Shown: positions 41,037-54,961, numbered from the stretch's first letter. The stretch: DNA of 64,000 nucleotides from Octopus vulgaris (GCA_951406725.2 OX597815.1:17174001-17238000); one strand, 5' to 3'. Numbers and translations: made by a program. Notes: generated from the letters alone by a model not told the origin.

Positions 41037-41472
41037 GGATCTTTTTGGTTTGAACGGCAGTTTTTAAAAATAATTTCCACGTAACTAAACACTTTTAAAC
41101 TTCGTATACTGGTAGAATGTGTTTATCAAACATCTTTTTCTCTTGGCTTTATTGAGAAAATTCTATGGTTTGTAAGATATTTGTTGTTTTTTTTTCTTCA
41201 ATTTCTGCAATTTCAATCAATGAATGACGTCTATTGAGGTAAAAAAAACAACATTCTGTGCCGTATGAATATGTCCTTCGTTTAAGAAACAGATTGGGTT
41301 TATTTACGTTTCTAAAGAAAAAAGATACCCTTCCCCCCATCCCTAATCCTAACACTAACCACTAACCCTAAAACAGATTGAAATGCAATAGATTGATACT
41401 AGGGTCATAATTATGGGTGAAAATTTCATATGACACCGCTAGAAAAAACTGCCGTTCAAACCGAAAAGATCC
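41037..41472. mobile_element. MITE with ~29 bp TIRs and 8-bp TSD (Merlin-like)
   Basis: GGATCTTTT(T/C)GGTTTGAACGGCAGTTTTT TIRs; TSD TTGAGTTG at 41029-41036 and 41473-41480; GG termini; no ORF. Confidence 0.88.
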
Positions 41473-41479
41473 TTGAGTT

Positions 41480-41990
41480 GTTGTTATTGGTTATTCATCC
41501 CTTCGTAACCCATACCCCAATGACCAGCTCAAAGGCGTCCCAATCGTGGCTATGCTATCTTTATTTCATCCATCTTTTATCTAGGTTTATACGACTCCAT
41601 TTTCTCTCTCCTTTATTTAGATGGTAATCTGTGATTTGGGCAGCGATTTGGCTGCTATTTCTTGCACTGGAGATATTATGGTTGCTTTATTGTTACAGTG
41701 GTTATTGTTGTTCTTGTGTTGTTGTTGTTATTAGTCTTTTTTATCTCCCTCATACTCCGTCAAGCTCGTCAAAGACATTCCAACTGTGACCATGTTGCCT
41801 TTATTTCCGCTATTATTTATCTAGATCAAGATGATTCCAACTTTTCTCTCCTTCATTTACATGGTAATCCGTAATTTGTGTAGAGATTTGGCTGCTATTT
41901 CTCACACTGGAGACGGTATAGTTGCTTTATTGCTGTAGTGATTATTTTTGTTGTTGTTGTTGTTGTTGTTGCTGTTGTTGTTGTTGTTGA
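41480..41990 (-). repeat. two tandem decayed copies of an old dispersed repeat (ATTTGGCTGCTATTTCT motif)
   Basis: ~240 bp unit repeated twice; related remnants at ~1610, 5600, 25150, 35400, 42125, 46190 and 60700. Confidence 0.65.
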
Positions 41991-43319
41991 TGTTGTTGTT
42001 ATGTATACTACTCGTCAGTAATCGAACAGATCGTTACAAAGATCTCAAATATTTAGTGTGGCTTTCAATAAACTACCTTTTGTAGCCCAAGTGATGTGGA
42101 ACTTTTGCATAGTCAACCGGTTCGCTAGAAACAGCAGCCAAATTTCTATCAAATAGCACACTATACTCATACATAATACAGTGAACAGTATTGTTCAAGT
42201 GACACTATACTTAAAATCAAGTCACCAAATGCAGTATCACTTTGTCCTTTCTACGGATCTTGACAACGAGCAAGACCAGATACGCTGTAATCCGCATTTC
42301 TCATGACAGAATATATTTTCTAACTCTATTTTGGTTCTGCCATGGAAAAACTATAAGCTCACCAGGTTAACAAAAATACCTGTACAAAATTATATATAAA
42401 TAACTATCTTTCTTTACTGATAAAAATTTGAACTTTATTTTATACATTATAGTAAACTTAAAACAATTTAAAATTTTACCTTTACGCAAATCATTTAACC
42501 GACAAATCTTTAATAGCAGCAAATCTCAATTTGGCAACTAAAAAATCTTGATTCAATAAAAGATATTTCATTGAGTATACTATTATTGTAAATGTTATCC
42601 GTTGGCCATATCTACTTTATTATTAGGTTTTCTCTTGGAAAATTAAACATAGCTACAAATTCGCCTTTGAGCTTTTGTGCATGTAGTTTTGATAATTGAG
42701 ATATTATAAAGATTTTCTTGTCTGCAGTTTAAGACAACTGAATAATTTGTGGAAGCCTGATTTGCATTATTCGGTCATTATCTGTACTTCTGTAAGCATG
42801 TTATTAAACATTGGTAGTGAAGGACGGATGACTACATATAGTCACAACTGTATACAACAGGTTGATTGAAAATTATTGATTTATTTACTCTCTCTGTGTG
42901 CAGACGATTGTATTTTAAAGAGGTTGGGTACGAGATTACGACGTTGTGACTTCTCTGCTTTCATCAAGGGTAATGATTGCAGAACGAATTGATATAGTCT
43001 GAACAGATAATGGAGGCCGCATTGCAGACTCCACTCTCCAGAACCTTAATCATTAGACCAAGACGCCATCGATGTGTACATTGAACATACATACGTACAT
43101 GTGTGTATTTTTGTGTGCATGTGTGCACACGTGTTTATACATATGTGTATATGTGCGTGTGTGTACGCGTGTATACATAATATATATATATATGTATTTA
43201 TGTATGTATGTATGTATGTATATGCATGTACAACACATGCACGCCCTCATACACATATATACATAGATAGATAGATAGATACATGCATAAATTCATATAT
43301 ATATATGTGTGTGTGTGTG

Positions 43320-43377
<58 letters not shown>

Positions 43378-44081
43378 ATTAAATGTAATGTATGAAGAAT
43401 GATCAAATGCATTATTCACGGACTAGCAGCGATTCTTAGTTACCTCCATCTGAATTGACATACACATTGACATACACCCGTAGATGATATATAACCTTCA
43501 TATAACTTATTTTCACTCAGTAAAAAAAAATTAATTAACACTGACCAATTAGCATGTTAATTCTTACCTATAATATTTCCAAATAATGGTTTCTGTTTCT
43601 CTCGTAGGATATGATACGAATATCACACATTTTTTTTCTTTTACTGGAATACCTTAGGCAAGGCATTAAAATGCATGCCGTGCTGAAGCGCTCACTCGGT
43701 ACTCAGCGGTTTTGGTAAGTATGGTCTTACCCATGAGATACCACAACTAGTAGTTGTTGTTTAAGCAACAAGACGGGTAAGGGTGATTAGGTGATGGTCT
43801 AGGGCTTAGGGGCGGGAGACCCCAGGCCTTGGACCAAAAACCTTTGGTATTCTTGTTGTAGTCGAGGGCTCTTCGTTGACGCCCGACACCAATGGGAGGT
43901 GGCCCTCGAAATCGCTGGAAATGGAGATCTCCAGGTCCAAATTCTTAAACGGCCCACAGCTAGTATGTCCACTTTGACCCTGGATGGTAGTATCTCTCAA
44001 GGGCCCTAACTATGGCTAAATTAGCAGTTGGTCTTGTGGCTAAGGCATACAGGACTCAGAAAAGGTCTGGCTCCTATTCTT

Positions 44082-44145
<64 letters not shown>

Positions 44146-44155
44146 AACACACACA

Positions 44156-44187
<32 letters not shown>

Positions 44188-45698
44188 AATATACACACAA
44201 TAGCCTACTAGTGTGCAATCATGCCCTGATATTACGAGAACCAGACTTCCTTTCTAAGGGTTAAACAGTAAAAGTAAGCTCGGGTGAGCATGACACTTGC
44301 AAAACAAAGTGTAAATACCTGTAAGTAGTAGGTAAAGAGAAATTACTCTACCCCTCTCCCAAATTCTTGAATCTTCAGGTTTTGATGTTGAGGTTCCTGA
44401 TCGCCGATGTTTGTACAATAAGGATATAAGATATGACGGGAAAGAAACAGAAAAAGCTATTCTGGCAACCAGTCCTTTCAAATTATAAATGTCTACTTTT
44501 AATATGGCATTAAAAAGCAAGGAGCTAAGTTACAACTGCAGCCTGAGTTGTTTATCAACATAGTAGCATGCATGTGAGGCCCAGTGGTTAATCAGTCTTT
44601 GTTTTTCATGAATCTTCAATGTGCCTGTGTTAAAACAACTTTAATGTTTGACTTTATGCTAAAGTTTTAACATCTTTAGTGTCTCAAAACATCAAAGATG
44701 TGAAACCGGGGAAATTCAAAAACAAAATATGACTGAATTGTGGAAAATATTTAGATATTTGCGTTGAACGCACAAACATAAATGAATGTTTGATATACTG
44801 TAATGTAAATTTTCCACCTTTCTACATTATACAACCATTCAATTTTATTTTTTCATTTTATTTATTTATTTAGTTTCAGCTCACAAGCTGTGGCCATGCT
44901 GTGGCACCGCCATTTGTTTATTTTTTTTACAGATCATTGTTTATGTTTTTTACAGATCGAACATGATATTCTAATTTTGCAACATTTCAAATCATGCTAG
45001 GTTGCTCTGTGGAATAATTTTATAAGATATTAACTAAAAGACATTCTATGGATAGTTTTTCCTAGAATAATGTGGTCAATGCATCACCGTATATAATAAG
45101 GAATTGGAGCTATTAGTCAGGTCTTTAGATTGATGGTAAATGATACCAAATATGCTCAGACCATGCCGTCAACACAAACGTTAAAGCTATTTGAACAATA
45201 TCATCTCTTCCCTCATAGACAGGAGCTCATAGTCATACCGGCATCATAGTTTCTCTTTTGGGTAAATTATTGTCCTGTCTTTGTAAATTTATTATTGAGG
45301 TCTAACCTTTAAGTTGATACCAAAATGCAAAGTGTTGCATCAGCTTCAAAATAAAATGAAATTCTGTCGTGTTTCACTCTCACTATTTATGACACATGAA
45401 GTACACGTATCGTTTTATTAAATGATTTATTTAGTAAATAAGCGAGATTCTTATGTGATATCTACCGTCCATTTGTTTATAAACAACACGAATTCTAATA
45501 AAAAATATCGGTGACATCTGTAGCATTTTCCAAACTGAATATTTCACTATTCGTTTTTGCTTTTTGATTCTGTTATATTTATAGTTACACAAATTATTCT
45601 TGAAAACATGAGTCGAAAGATGCTAGCTGTTCTATACAAATGACTCTAAGTTGATAGCAAAATAGAGTTATATATGAAATAAATATTTTAAACAATCG

Positions 45699-46115
45699 TA
45701 GGCACAGGAGTGACTGTGTGGTAAGTAGCTTGCTTACCAACCACATGGTTCCGGGTTCAGTCCCACTGCGTGGCACCTTGGGCAAGTGTCTTCTACTATA
45801 GCCTCGGGCCGACCAAAGCCTTGTGAGTGGATTTGGTTGGCGGAAACTGAAAGAAGCCCGTCGTATATATGTATATATATCTGTATATATATGTATATAT
45901 GTATGTGTGTATATGTTTTTTGTGTCTGTGTTTGTCCCCCCAACATCGCTTGACTACCGATGCTGGTTTGTTCACGTCCCCGTAACTCAGCGGTTCGGCA
46001 AAGGGACTAGGTTTACAAAGAATAAGTCCTCGGATCGATTTGCTCGACTAAAGGCGGTGCTCCAGCATGGCCACAGTCACATGACTGAAACAAGTTAAAG
46101 AGTAAAGAGAAAGAG
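45699..46115 (+). mobile_element. SINE-B copy
   Basis: Complete head AGGCACAGGAGTGACTGTGTGG; short deletion in the 3' half. Confidence 0.9.
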
Positions 46116-47089
46116 TAAATCAACAAAAAACAATGGTCTAAGGAATAAATATGCAAAATGCTATTTCTTCTAGCATCGACACATTGTTGTTTAGTCACAG
46201 ATCAACTCTGGTTGGAAAGTCTTATCATCAAAACTATTCCAACTGCTATCATTATATTTTTAGGCGTTATTTCTGTTGTTTAGAACTAACATTAAGCCAA
46301 GTATTCAACTTTAACGACATTAAGCTGTGATTTTAGTGAGATTTGGATGTTATTCTTAATAGGTCCAGTTTCTATGCATATGTTTCCTCGCTTGTCCGAG
46401 AATCGGCAGGATTCCTATGCTCACTGGTAGTGACTTGCTCAACGGAAATGCCATTCATAATTATCAACTTTGTAAACATTTTGCAAGATACTCAATACAA
46501 GTATGTCAGAAACTGTGATCTTAAAGCTTGTACGTTCTTCAACCGGACTCCATTCATTCATTCAGAGTAAAGCGAGAGATCTCTAAATTAGAATTTCCAA
46601 ATAAACTGATGAATCGACAGCATTTTGGCTCACACATTCCACTGATATATTTAAACGGATTTTCTCTTGATTCTGTCTTTTGTAAAAGGATTTTCTCATG
46701 ATTCTGTCTTTTGTTAATGTGACGTGTTGTAGATAAGGCATTGAAAGAATCTAGTAATATGTGCTATTAATACTGAATGATATGATGGAGTTAAACAATC
46801 TTATTGGAGTTATTTTCTATTCACAGTAAATAAACTATCGCGCATTAACGAATATATATCAACACCATTATAGAAAGATAAACGGGTAAATTAAACATAG
46901 AAGAGATATTCAAATTACAAAAGGGCTACTGAAAACGTATATTATTTCCAATGTTTTCAATAATATAATTAAATACAGCAATTAAGGAAAATATTAGTAT
47001 AGTTGACAGTATTCTATGCTCCACAAACAAGGGAGATAACTCTTCGACATTGTTTGCAGGCACTATCATAACTAACATGCTGTAGATGT

Positions 47090-47464
47090 CGCTGTTGAGG
47101 GAACGGTCTTCGTCCCAGAGTTCGCAAGATGGGAGAAGTCCGAAACGTGGTCCTATGCTATTCGTAAGACCCGCAGAAAAGAAAGCAGGTCAACCCCCGA
47201 CACCGAGAGCATCGACGGATGGATGAATGCGCATCCAGGCTCAGCGGTTGCGTAGGAAGTCGGGGACAAGAAACAGGAAGAAAGAGTGAGAGAAAGTTGG
47301 AGCGAAAGAGTATAACAGGGGTCGCCAGCACCCCCTGCCGGAGCCTCGTGGGGCTTTAGGTGTTTTTGCTCAATAAACACACACAACGCCCGGTCTGAGA
47401 ATCGAAACCACGATCCTCCGACCGTGAGTCCGCTGCCCTAACTATTCGGCCATTGCGCCTCCAC
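47090..47464 (-). mobile_element. SINE-C (head + M1 + tail Z)
   Basis: Head and middle as in the 16063 copy, with a unique tail; 12-bp TSD TGCTG(T/C)AGATGT. Confidence 0.88.
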
Positions 47465-47750
47465 TGCTGCAGATGTTCATGGTACATATAGTGTGGCGTT
47501 GGAAAGTGAGACTAATCGACAATTATTAAGAAGTACTGATTCGCAATTAAATAACGAAAGACGTAGACTTTATCATTTCCAATGTTTTCAACGTCAGAAA
47601 TTAAAAATGTAAGGTTAAATTACTTAAATACGGTAGCGGCCATAATATAAGGGTCAGTAAGGACAAGTGTATTGAAATATTTATTACAGAAGATTAACAA
47701 AACATTGAGAATAGATATTTTGCACATATTTAGATATATCTAATATCTAT

Positions 47751-47940
47751 TCTGTGGAGACTGGGGAGAGTCATTTTCTTTTTGTGCCTTATAATGTAAT
47801 ACACTCATCGGTAAAATTTCCACTTATTTCTTATTTTCCTAAAATAATTCATATAACTCATATATGAATTATAACTCATATAACTCATGTATAACTCCTA
47901 ACTCATATAAAGAATCTTGCAAACCAAATCCAAAAACGAA
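47751..47940. mobile_element. 190 bp insertion inside the left IR of the Tc1 element
   Basis: 13-bp TSD ATCTAATATCTAT (47738-47750, 47941-47953); absent from the other IR; contains (ATAACTCAT)n. Confidence 0.8.
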
Positions 47941-48104
47941 ATCTAATATCTATCTTTCCTGAAAATTTCAAGTGAATGGAATAAATATTTCGTTAGTTAT
48001 GAGGAAATAAATAAATAATCTTCCTAAATACAACGGCCAAAATGTAAGGGTCACTTAGAAACACAATGATAAATGGAACAAGAACAAAAAAGAAATCCTT
48101 ACTA

Positions 48105-49129
48105 TCAATATTTTGTGAACATCCCTTTGCTATCAATGACCTCCTGACATCTGTTACCGCAGGACTGAACTAATTTCTTGCAAAATGATAGAGTATTATT
48201 GTTCTATTCGTTTTACAACAATTCCCAGAACTCCTGGTTCTTTGGAGTTCTCATTCGTGCCCCATCTCCAATAATCCTCCCAGCGTTTTCTATAGGGTTG
48301 AGATCGGCACTTTGAGGTGGTCACACCATTAGATCAACCCCTTCATCACTCAAAAGATCTTTGACTCCCTTCGCAGTGTGACAGGGAGCGTTGTCCTGCA
48401 CGAGTATAGGAGGATGAACTGACGAGGATCGGAGATGTGGAAGAGATGTTGTCTAAGAATCTGCTTGTAGATTTCAGCATTGGCAGTCCCTTGTAGGCGA
48501 ATGAGTGGACCAGGACCAGCACCAGAGATCACTCCCCATACCATTACACTGCCTCCTCCATATTTCACTGTTTTCTTCACACATTCACTAGATAATCTTT
48601 CGGCAATTCTTTGTGGGACGTAAATCTCGCCATCGGAACCAATCACATTAAACTTCGATTCATCGCTAAAATGAATCTGCAGCCACGGTTCTTCTGTCCA
48701 AACGACAGGTACCTGAGCGAAACAAAGACGGGCTCTTTGATTCTTCTTGGAGATCAGAGGCTTCTTTGCCGGTGCCCGAGCAAGCAAGCCAGAACCTCGT
48801 AACCTCCGAGAAACTGTTTTGCGCGGTACGTTGACATCGAAAGTGGAGCTAAACTCGCGGGATATCTCAATAGCACCCTTAAACTTGTCTTTCAGTGACA
48901 TTCTAACCATAATACGATCCTGTCTTGATGAAGTTTTACGAGGTCTACCGGACTTGGGTTTAGCATCTGTCGATCCTGATGACTTAACACGAGCTACAAC
49001 CCGTTGCACAACACTTCTTGATCTTCCTACAGTAGTTACTATCACAGAATTTGACTTGCCCTCTTGGTGAAAGCACACAATCTCTTGTTTTTCATCACAG
49101 GACACTAGTCGTCTCACAGAAGTCACCAT
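48105..49129 (-). pseudogene. Tc1 (DD34E) transposase, frameshifted
   Basis: KSGRPRKTS, FSDESKF, VKYGGGSVMVWG, then in shifted frames QDNAPCHT, PPQSADLNPIEN and KGMFTKY*. Confidence 0.93.
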
Positions 49130-49494
49130 ATTGACAGTTGAATGTTCCAATAATGTAAAATCATAAGAAATAACTGTTAGGTTAGTCCATTAACAGTCTT
49201 CTAAACAACAAATACCTCGGTTAGTAGTTCATTTTTTCTAAGTGATATTTAACTTTTGGCTGTTGCAATTTAGAAAATTGTTTGTTTATTTCCTTATAAA
49301 TTACGAAATATTTACTCCATTTACTTGAAAGTTTAACGAAATTTAGATATCAGATATATATAAATATGTGTAAAATATTTCGTCTCAACGTGTTGTTAAT
49401 CTTCTATAATAACTCTTTGAATACACTTGTTCTTACTGACCCGTATATTATGGCCGCTACTGTATACAGTCGGCTCCCCTAACTATATTTTCTA

Positions 49495-50720
49495 TGAGGG
49501 TCGGCTCAAGAGTTCATAGACTGACCAAGAGACTCATGAAATGTGACCAAATGAGTTTTATTTTTCAACATAGTCCACATTGTGATCCAAACATATCTTC
49601 CATTGGTGCTGCGTTGCTTGGATCTCATTTGTGAAGAAGTTTTCATCCCGTTGGTCAAAAGAATCATCATCAGCAATCATGACGTCATCACCACTGCGAT
49701 ACTGGTTCCTAGCCAAGGGTTTTTTCATGTAGTATAACACACGATAGTCGGATGGGGACAAAGCTGGAGAATAGGGAGGTTGATCAACCAGTTCAAAGCC
49801 ACAATCACACACAACCACACCATTGAAACCAAGGACTTATATGTTGGAGCATTGTCTTCATGAAACAAGATCCCTTTTGTCAGTTATCCTGGGTATTTGA
49901 TCTTGATAGCCTTTCGTAACTGCCATAACTATTTGATATAGTAATCTCCATTGATGGTATGACCCGTTTGAAGATAGTCAATAAACACTATGCCTTTTCC
50001 ATCCCCAAAAACTGAGGCCATCACTTCCATACAGGTGAAACGACCATCGCATTCTTTGGAGCAGGTAAAGAGGGGGTGTTTCCGCTGCAAGGATTGTCTC
50101 TTTGCCTCTGGCTCAAAGTAACAATCTCAGCAGCCATCCTGGGTTATGGAACCAGCTAGGTCTGCTTCAAACAATGTCAGATTTTCCCGTGATATGATCA
50201 ACGTGATGTGCTTTTTGATCAGAAGATGTGGTACCCATCGAGCAGAAACCTTCATCATGTCAAGTTCATGGTGTAGAATATTCTGAACTCTCTCACGTGG
50301 TCTGCTAATAGCGTTGGCTGTTTGATTTATCATCCATCACCACGCGGTGAACACGGTCAGGGTTATACTCGGCGGTGGAAGTTCCAGGACGTCCATACCT
50401 TGGGTGATCTTCAACATTTCCCTCCTAAATTCAGCTGCCCACTTATTCATTGTTGATAAAGTTGGGATTTCATCCCCTAATATAGCATGAATGTTTTTAT
50501 GCAAGTGCATTAAAACACCACAAGGCCAATTTTTTTCAATTTTAAAGAGAAGTCGCCACTAGTTACTTTTGAAGTCTTCTTTAAACAGTCAGATGTCAGT
50601 CCACCTGGAAAGAAACAATGTAGTTATTAATAAGATGAGTTGAGATTAATGCGTACAAGATTTTACAGCTTTTGCATCATTCCTTGATAGTCAGCCTATG
50701 AACATTTTAGCCCACCCTTG
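49495..50720 (-). mobile_element. full-length decayed mariner (DD34D) element
   Basis: TA-flanked ~30 bp imperfect TIRs (..GTTCATAG(A/G)CTGAC). Transposase remnants SARWVPHLL, HEDNAP and PPYSPALSPSDY; multiple frameshifts. Confidence 0.92.
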
Positions 50721-50921
50721 TACAGTAGCAGTAAACAAAGACGTTTATTTTATTGTTCTTTTTTCTTTTGCAAATTTGACGGCAAATGGTGAATTAATTT
50801 TCCTAGCAAATCCACTTTAAGAACATTTTAATACCTAAATAATAGAACCATTTCAATAATAAAGAAGCACCAAGCACCAATGTTTGAATCCAAGCAACAT
50901 CTATTTATTATATCTTATAAA

Positions 50922-51341
50922 TAGGCGCAGGAGTGGCTGTGTGGTAAGTAGCTTGCTAACCAACCACATGGTTCCGGGTTCAGTCCCACTGCGTGGCACT
51001 TTGGGCAAGTGTCTTCTGCTGTAGCCCCGGGCCGACCAATGCCTTGTGAGTGGATTTGGTAGACGGAAACTGAAAGAAGCCTGTCGTATATATGTATTTA
51101 TAAATGTGTATGTGTGTGAGTGTTTGTGTATCTGTGTTTGTCCCCCTAGCATTGCTTGACAACCGATGCTGGTGTGTTTACGTCCCTGTCACTTAGCGGT
51201 TCGGCAAAAAGAGACCGATAGAATAAGTACTGGGCTTACAAAGAATAAGTCCCGGGGTCGATTTGCGCGACTAAAGGTGGTGCTCCAGCATGGCCGCAGT
51301 CAAATGACTGAAACTAGTAACGGGGTAAAAGAGTAAAGAGA
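50922..51341 (+). mobile_element. SINE-B full-length copy
   Basis: Intact head AGGCGCAGGAGTGGCTGTGTGG through tail GTAAAAGAGTAAAGAG. Confidence 0.92.
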
Positions 51342-52761
51342 GCAAATTCAGTTTAGAACTGAACTTTCGAACTAATGTTTGAAGTTTTTCTAAGAGAACA
51401 AGTTTCTCAACTTCCTAAATTGAATGCATCATAATCATTTCCATGTAGGATTATTACCAACAATTACAAATGTTCACACCACACAAACTCTAGTCAGAAG
51501 TAGGACAAGTCAAATCGATATTTTCTATTGATTATATTTGATTTTATTTAAAGAAATCTATTGTTTATCACATAGCTAAAACGAAAATATATCTTACCAT
51601 TTCAAGTAATTTTATATACACCATTGGGTCCATAATTTGGTTTGTGGTGATGCCATAAATCAATGATTTATCAACAACAACAAAGGCAGTTTTATCATTA
51701 CAAATAGATGAAAACTTATGCCTTACGGACATATTTTTGTAAATCTTTAAACGAATTAATCCGTCAACTGACACTCCATTAAGCAATCAATAACATAACT
51801 AAGTTTGCACACAATTTCAAACAGAAGCTGCAAAATTTGCTCTTATCACCCATCTCGAACTCCCTATCCGTTCGAGCTTTTCCTCCTCTCACTATTAAAG
51901 TGTAACAATTCAAATTCAATGCAAATTGTCCTATGATAATCAACCCATTGTGTCCCAGTATCATAACGTCTTATAAAACTGTGGGTAGTACTTCGCTTTG
52001 AGGAGAATTAAGTATACAGATTAGCGATAAATACACGCATAAAAGCACACACCTATGGATATCTATATGTATGTACATATAACATATACACACGTATACT
52101 CATTCTTTCTCTCTCCCTCTCTTCCCCTCTCTATCTCTCTCCCCTCTCTCTCTTCCTCATCGTCCTCTCCCTCTACTCTTTCTCTCACACACACGTATAT
52201 GCGCTATATGTGTATTTGCTAGTATGCTTGGTAAATGTTTATCTAAAACTGTTTGATGTAACACGGTTGAAAAATTCGTCTTTACAAACAAATACAAAGA
52301 CGAGTGATAGAATAATTTTATACTGATAACCAAATGAACGATGAATGAAGACGGAAGTAGAGGCGACAACGGGATTTTTGGCGTCAGCGCATGGCGAAAT
52401 ATTACAGGGAGACTTATACACCCGACTGAGAAAGGAAAAGTGGCTTCGATGGGATTCGAGTCTTCAGACTGCGTGTGTTGGTATTTTTAACCCTACGTCA
52501 GCCCTCGGCGAGTGTCCCAATCGTGGCAACCCAGTCTTTTATTTAGAGATATAAAAAACGTAGAACGGGATTTGTTGGAGATTTGGCAGTTATTGCTAGC
52601 AGTTTGACTATCGAGAAGTTCCTGTTTGCATTAGTGTTGAACGTGAAAGAGAGTAGTAGTAGAAGGTTTATGGCAGTGACTGTCTTTTAGACTCGTGATA
52701 CATGGAAGAATTAGAAAGATATAGAAAACTATTGCTGACTATATATTAACGATACCTATAA

Positions 52762-52918
52762 AGGCACAGGAGTGGCTGTGTGGTAAGTAGCTTCCTAACA
52801 TGGTTCCGGGTTCAGTCCCACTGCATGGCATCTTGGGCAAGTGTCTTCTGCTATAGCCCCAGGCCAACCAATGCCTTGTGAGTGGATTTGGTAGACGGAA
52901 ACTGAAAGAAGCCTGTCG

Positions 52919-52980
<62 letters not shown>

Positions 52981-53178
52981 TGTGTCTGTGTTTGTCCCCC
53001 TAGTATTGCTTGACAACCGATGCTGGTGTGTTTACGTCCCCGTCACTTAGCGGTTCGGCAAAAGAGACCGATGAATAAGTACTGGGCTTACAAAGAATAA
53101 GTCCCGGGGTCGATTTGCTCGACTAAAGGCGGTGCTCCAGCATGGCCGCAGTCAAATGACTGAAACAAGTAAAAGAAT
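52762..53178 (+). mobile_element. SINE-B copy
   Basis: Matches 50922-51341. Confidence 0.92.
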
Positions 53179-53254
53179 AAATGAAAAATTCACGAATAGC
53201 ACCGTTTTCAAGACTCTCAATTATTATTATGGGTTTTCAAGAGATACCTTTAAT

Positions 53255-53645
53255 CTTTTATTGCTTTCAGTCATAAGACTGCGGTCATGCTGGGGCATCG
53301 CCTTGAAGAATTTTTAGTCGAATGAATCGAGCCCAGTACTTTTTTTTGAAGCGTGGTACATATATTCTATCGATCTCTTTTGCCGAACCTCTAATGTACG
53401 GGGACGTAAATACTTCAACACCGGTTGTCAAGCAGTGCTGAGGACACAGAGACAAAGACACACACACATACTAATACATATGACGGGCTTCTTTCAGTTT
53501 CTGTCTACCAAATCCACTCACAAGCCATTGTGGCGGCTCGATCTATGACAGAAGATACTTGTCCAAGGTGCCACGCAGTGGTACTGAACCTGGAACCATG
53601 TGGTTAAGAAGGAAACTTCTTACCACACAGCCACGCCTACACCTA
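53255..53645 (-). mobile_element. older SINE-B copy
   Basis: More diverged; tail-to-tail with 52762-53178. Confidence 0.85.
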
Positions 53646-53840
53646 TTAATATTTTTTTTAATTCGAGGCAGTAGAAGCTTTTTGCAAAGTATCCGTGTGC
53701 CGTGGAGTATGTTTGAAAACTATTAGTTTAAAGTATAGAAGCGAATATTCAGTCCGATTTGTTTATTCGCTCTCAGCATTTATTTCGTCTGTTTAAGCTA
53801 AGACGCTCTGTTTGAGAATTAATACTGATTTTACGCAAAA

Positions 53841-53859
<19 letters not shown>

Positions 53860-53873
<14 letters not shown>

Positions 53874-54716
53874 ATAGAAATCTCAAAAGAAAAATCTAAA
53901 AAAACAAAAATTAAATTTGAAAAAAATTTTAAAATGTGATTCCACTGATAACCACACACTACTATCGAAACACTTAAAACAAGAATTAACTTATATTTCA
54001 TTAGAATTTTTTAAAATAATCAATCAGTCGAGAACCTCAATCTATCCAATATTTTCCCTTTTTATTTTACACGAAAAAAACTTTATCTGAAGCAAACGAG
54101 TAATTATTTTATTTTATAATGGTTAATCTTCCGTTTTACAGATTCGCTTCTTCAACATCAAAAGCAGCTGCTTTGTTAACATGGCGAGATTAACTAGTAT
54201 TTTCGTGGAATACACCTGTTAAATTCTATGGCAGTGGCTACACGGCTACACTTAATTAGAATTACTGAAAAATGATGATGATGAAACGTATACATACATC
54301 ATTTTCTAAAAAAATCCTGTTTAAAAATTACATATATTTCTCTTTCTCACGTACACGATCTCTGTATTTTCTTTCACTGCTCTTTATATATTTTCGTGTT
54401 CACTTTACTCTATTGACCTACATCAACGAAAATATTCGACGTACTGAAACAACAGAAATCTTCTGTCTAGACAACATTTGTCCGTCTCGTTACCCACTTA
54501 CTTGCGCTGTTAACCAGGAAGCTTTCTAATAAGATTTGCCGCTTTCATATTTATTTAGCAACCGTCAGCTTGCTTCAGATACGTTCCAGCTATTACATAA
54601 CATATTCCAGTGACCTAACCTTATATAAAGTTTCCTGATTAAAACATACTGCATTACACAACACTCATGCACACATGCATATATATATATACACTCATGT
54701 ATATATATATACACTC

Positions 54717-54773
<57 letters not shown>

Positions 54774-54798
54774 TTACTTGTTTCACCATCTATATCTA

Positions 54799-54889
<91 letters not shown>

Positions 54890-54961
54890 CTATCTATCAC
54901 ACACATCTATCACACTATCTATCTCTCTATCTCTCTCTATCTATCTATCTATCTATCTATC

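Larger units (their letters stand above)
47631..49462 (-). mobile_element. Tc1-family DNA transposon with long IR/DR-type terminal inverted repeats
   Basis: TA|C(A/G)GTAGCGGCCATAATAT...ATATTATGGCCGCTACTG|TA. IRs of ~230 bp carry an inner repeat of the terminal motif (48031-48060, 49235-49265). Confidence 0.93.

Noticed and set aside
48350-49150. Intact or domesticated transposase
   Set aside because: Frameshift before the second catalytic Asp and further lesions downstream.
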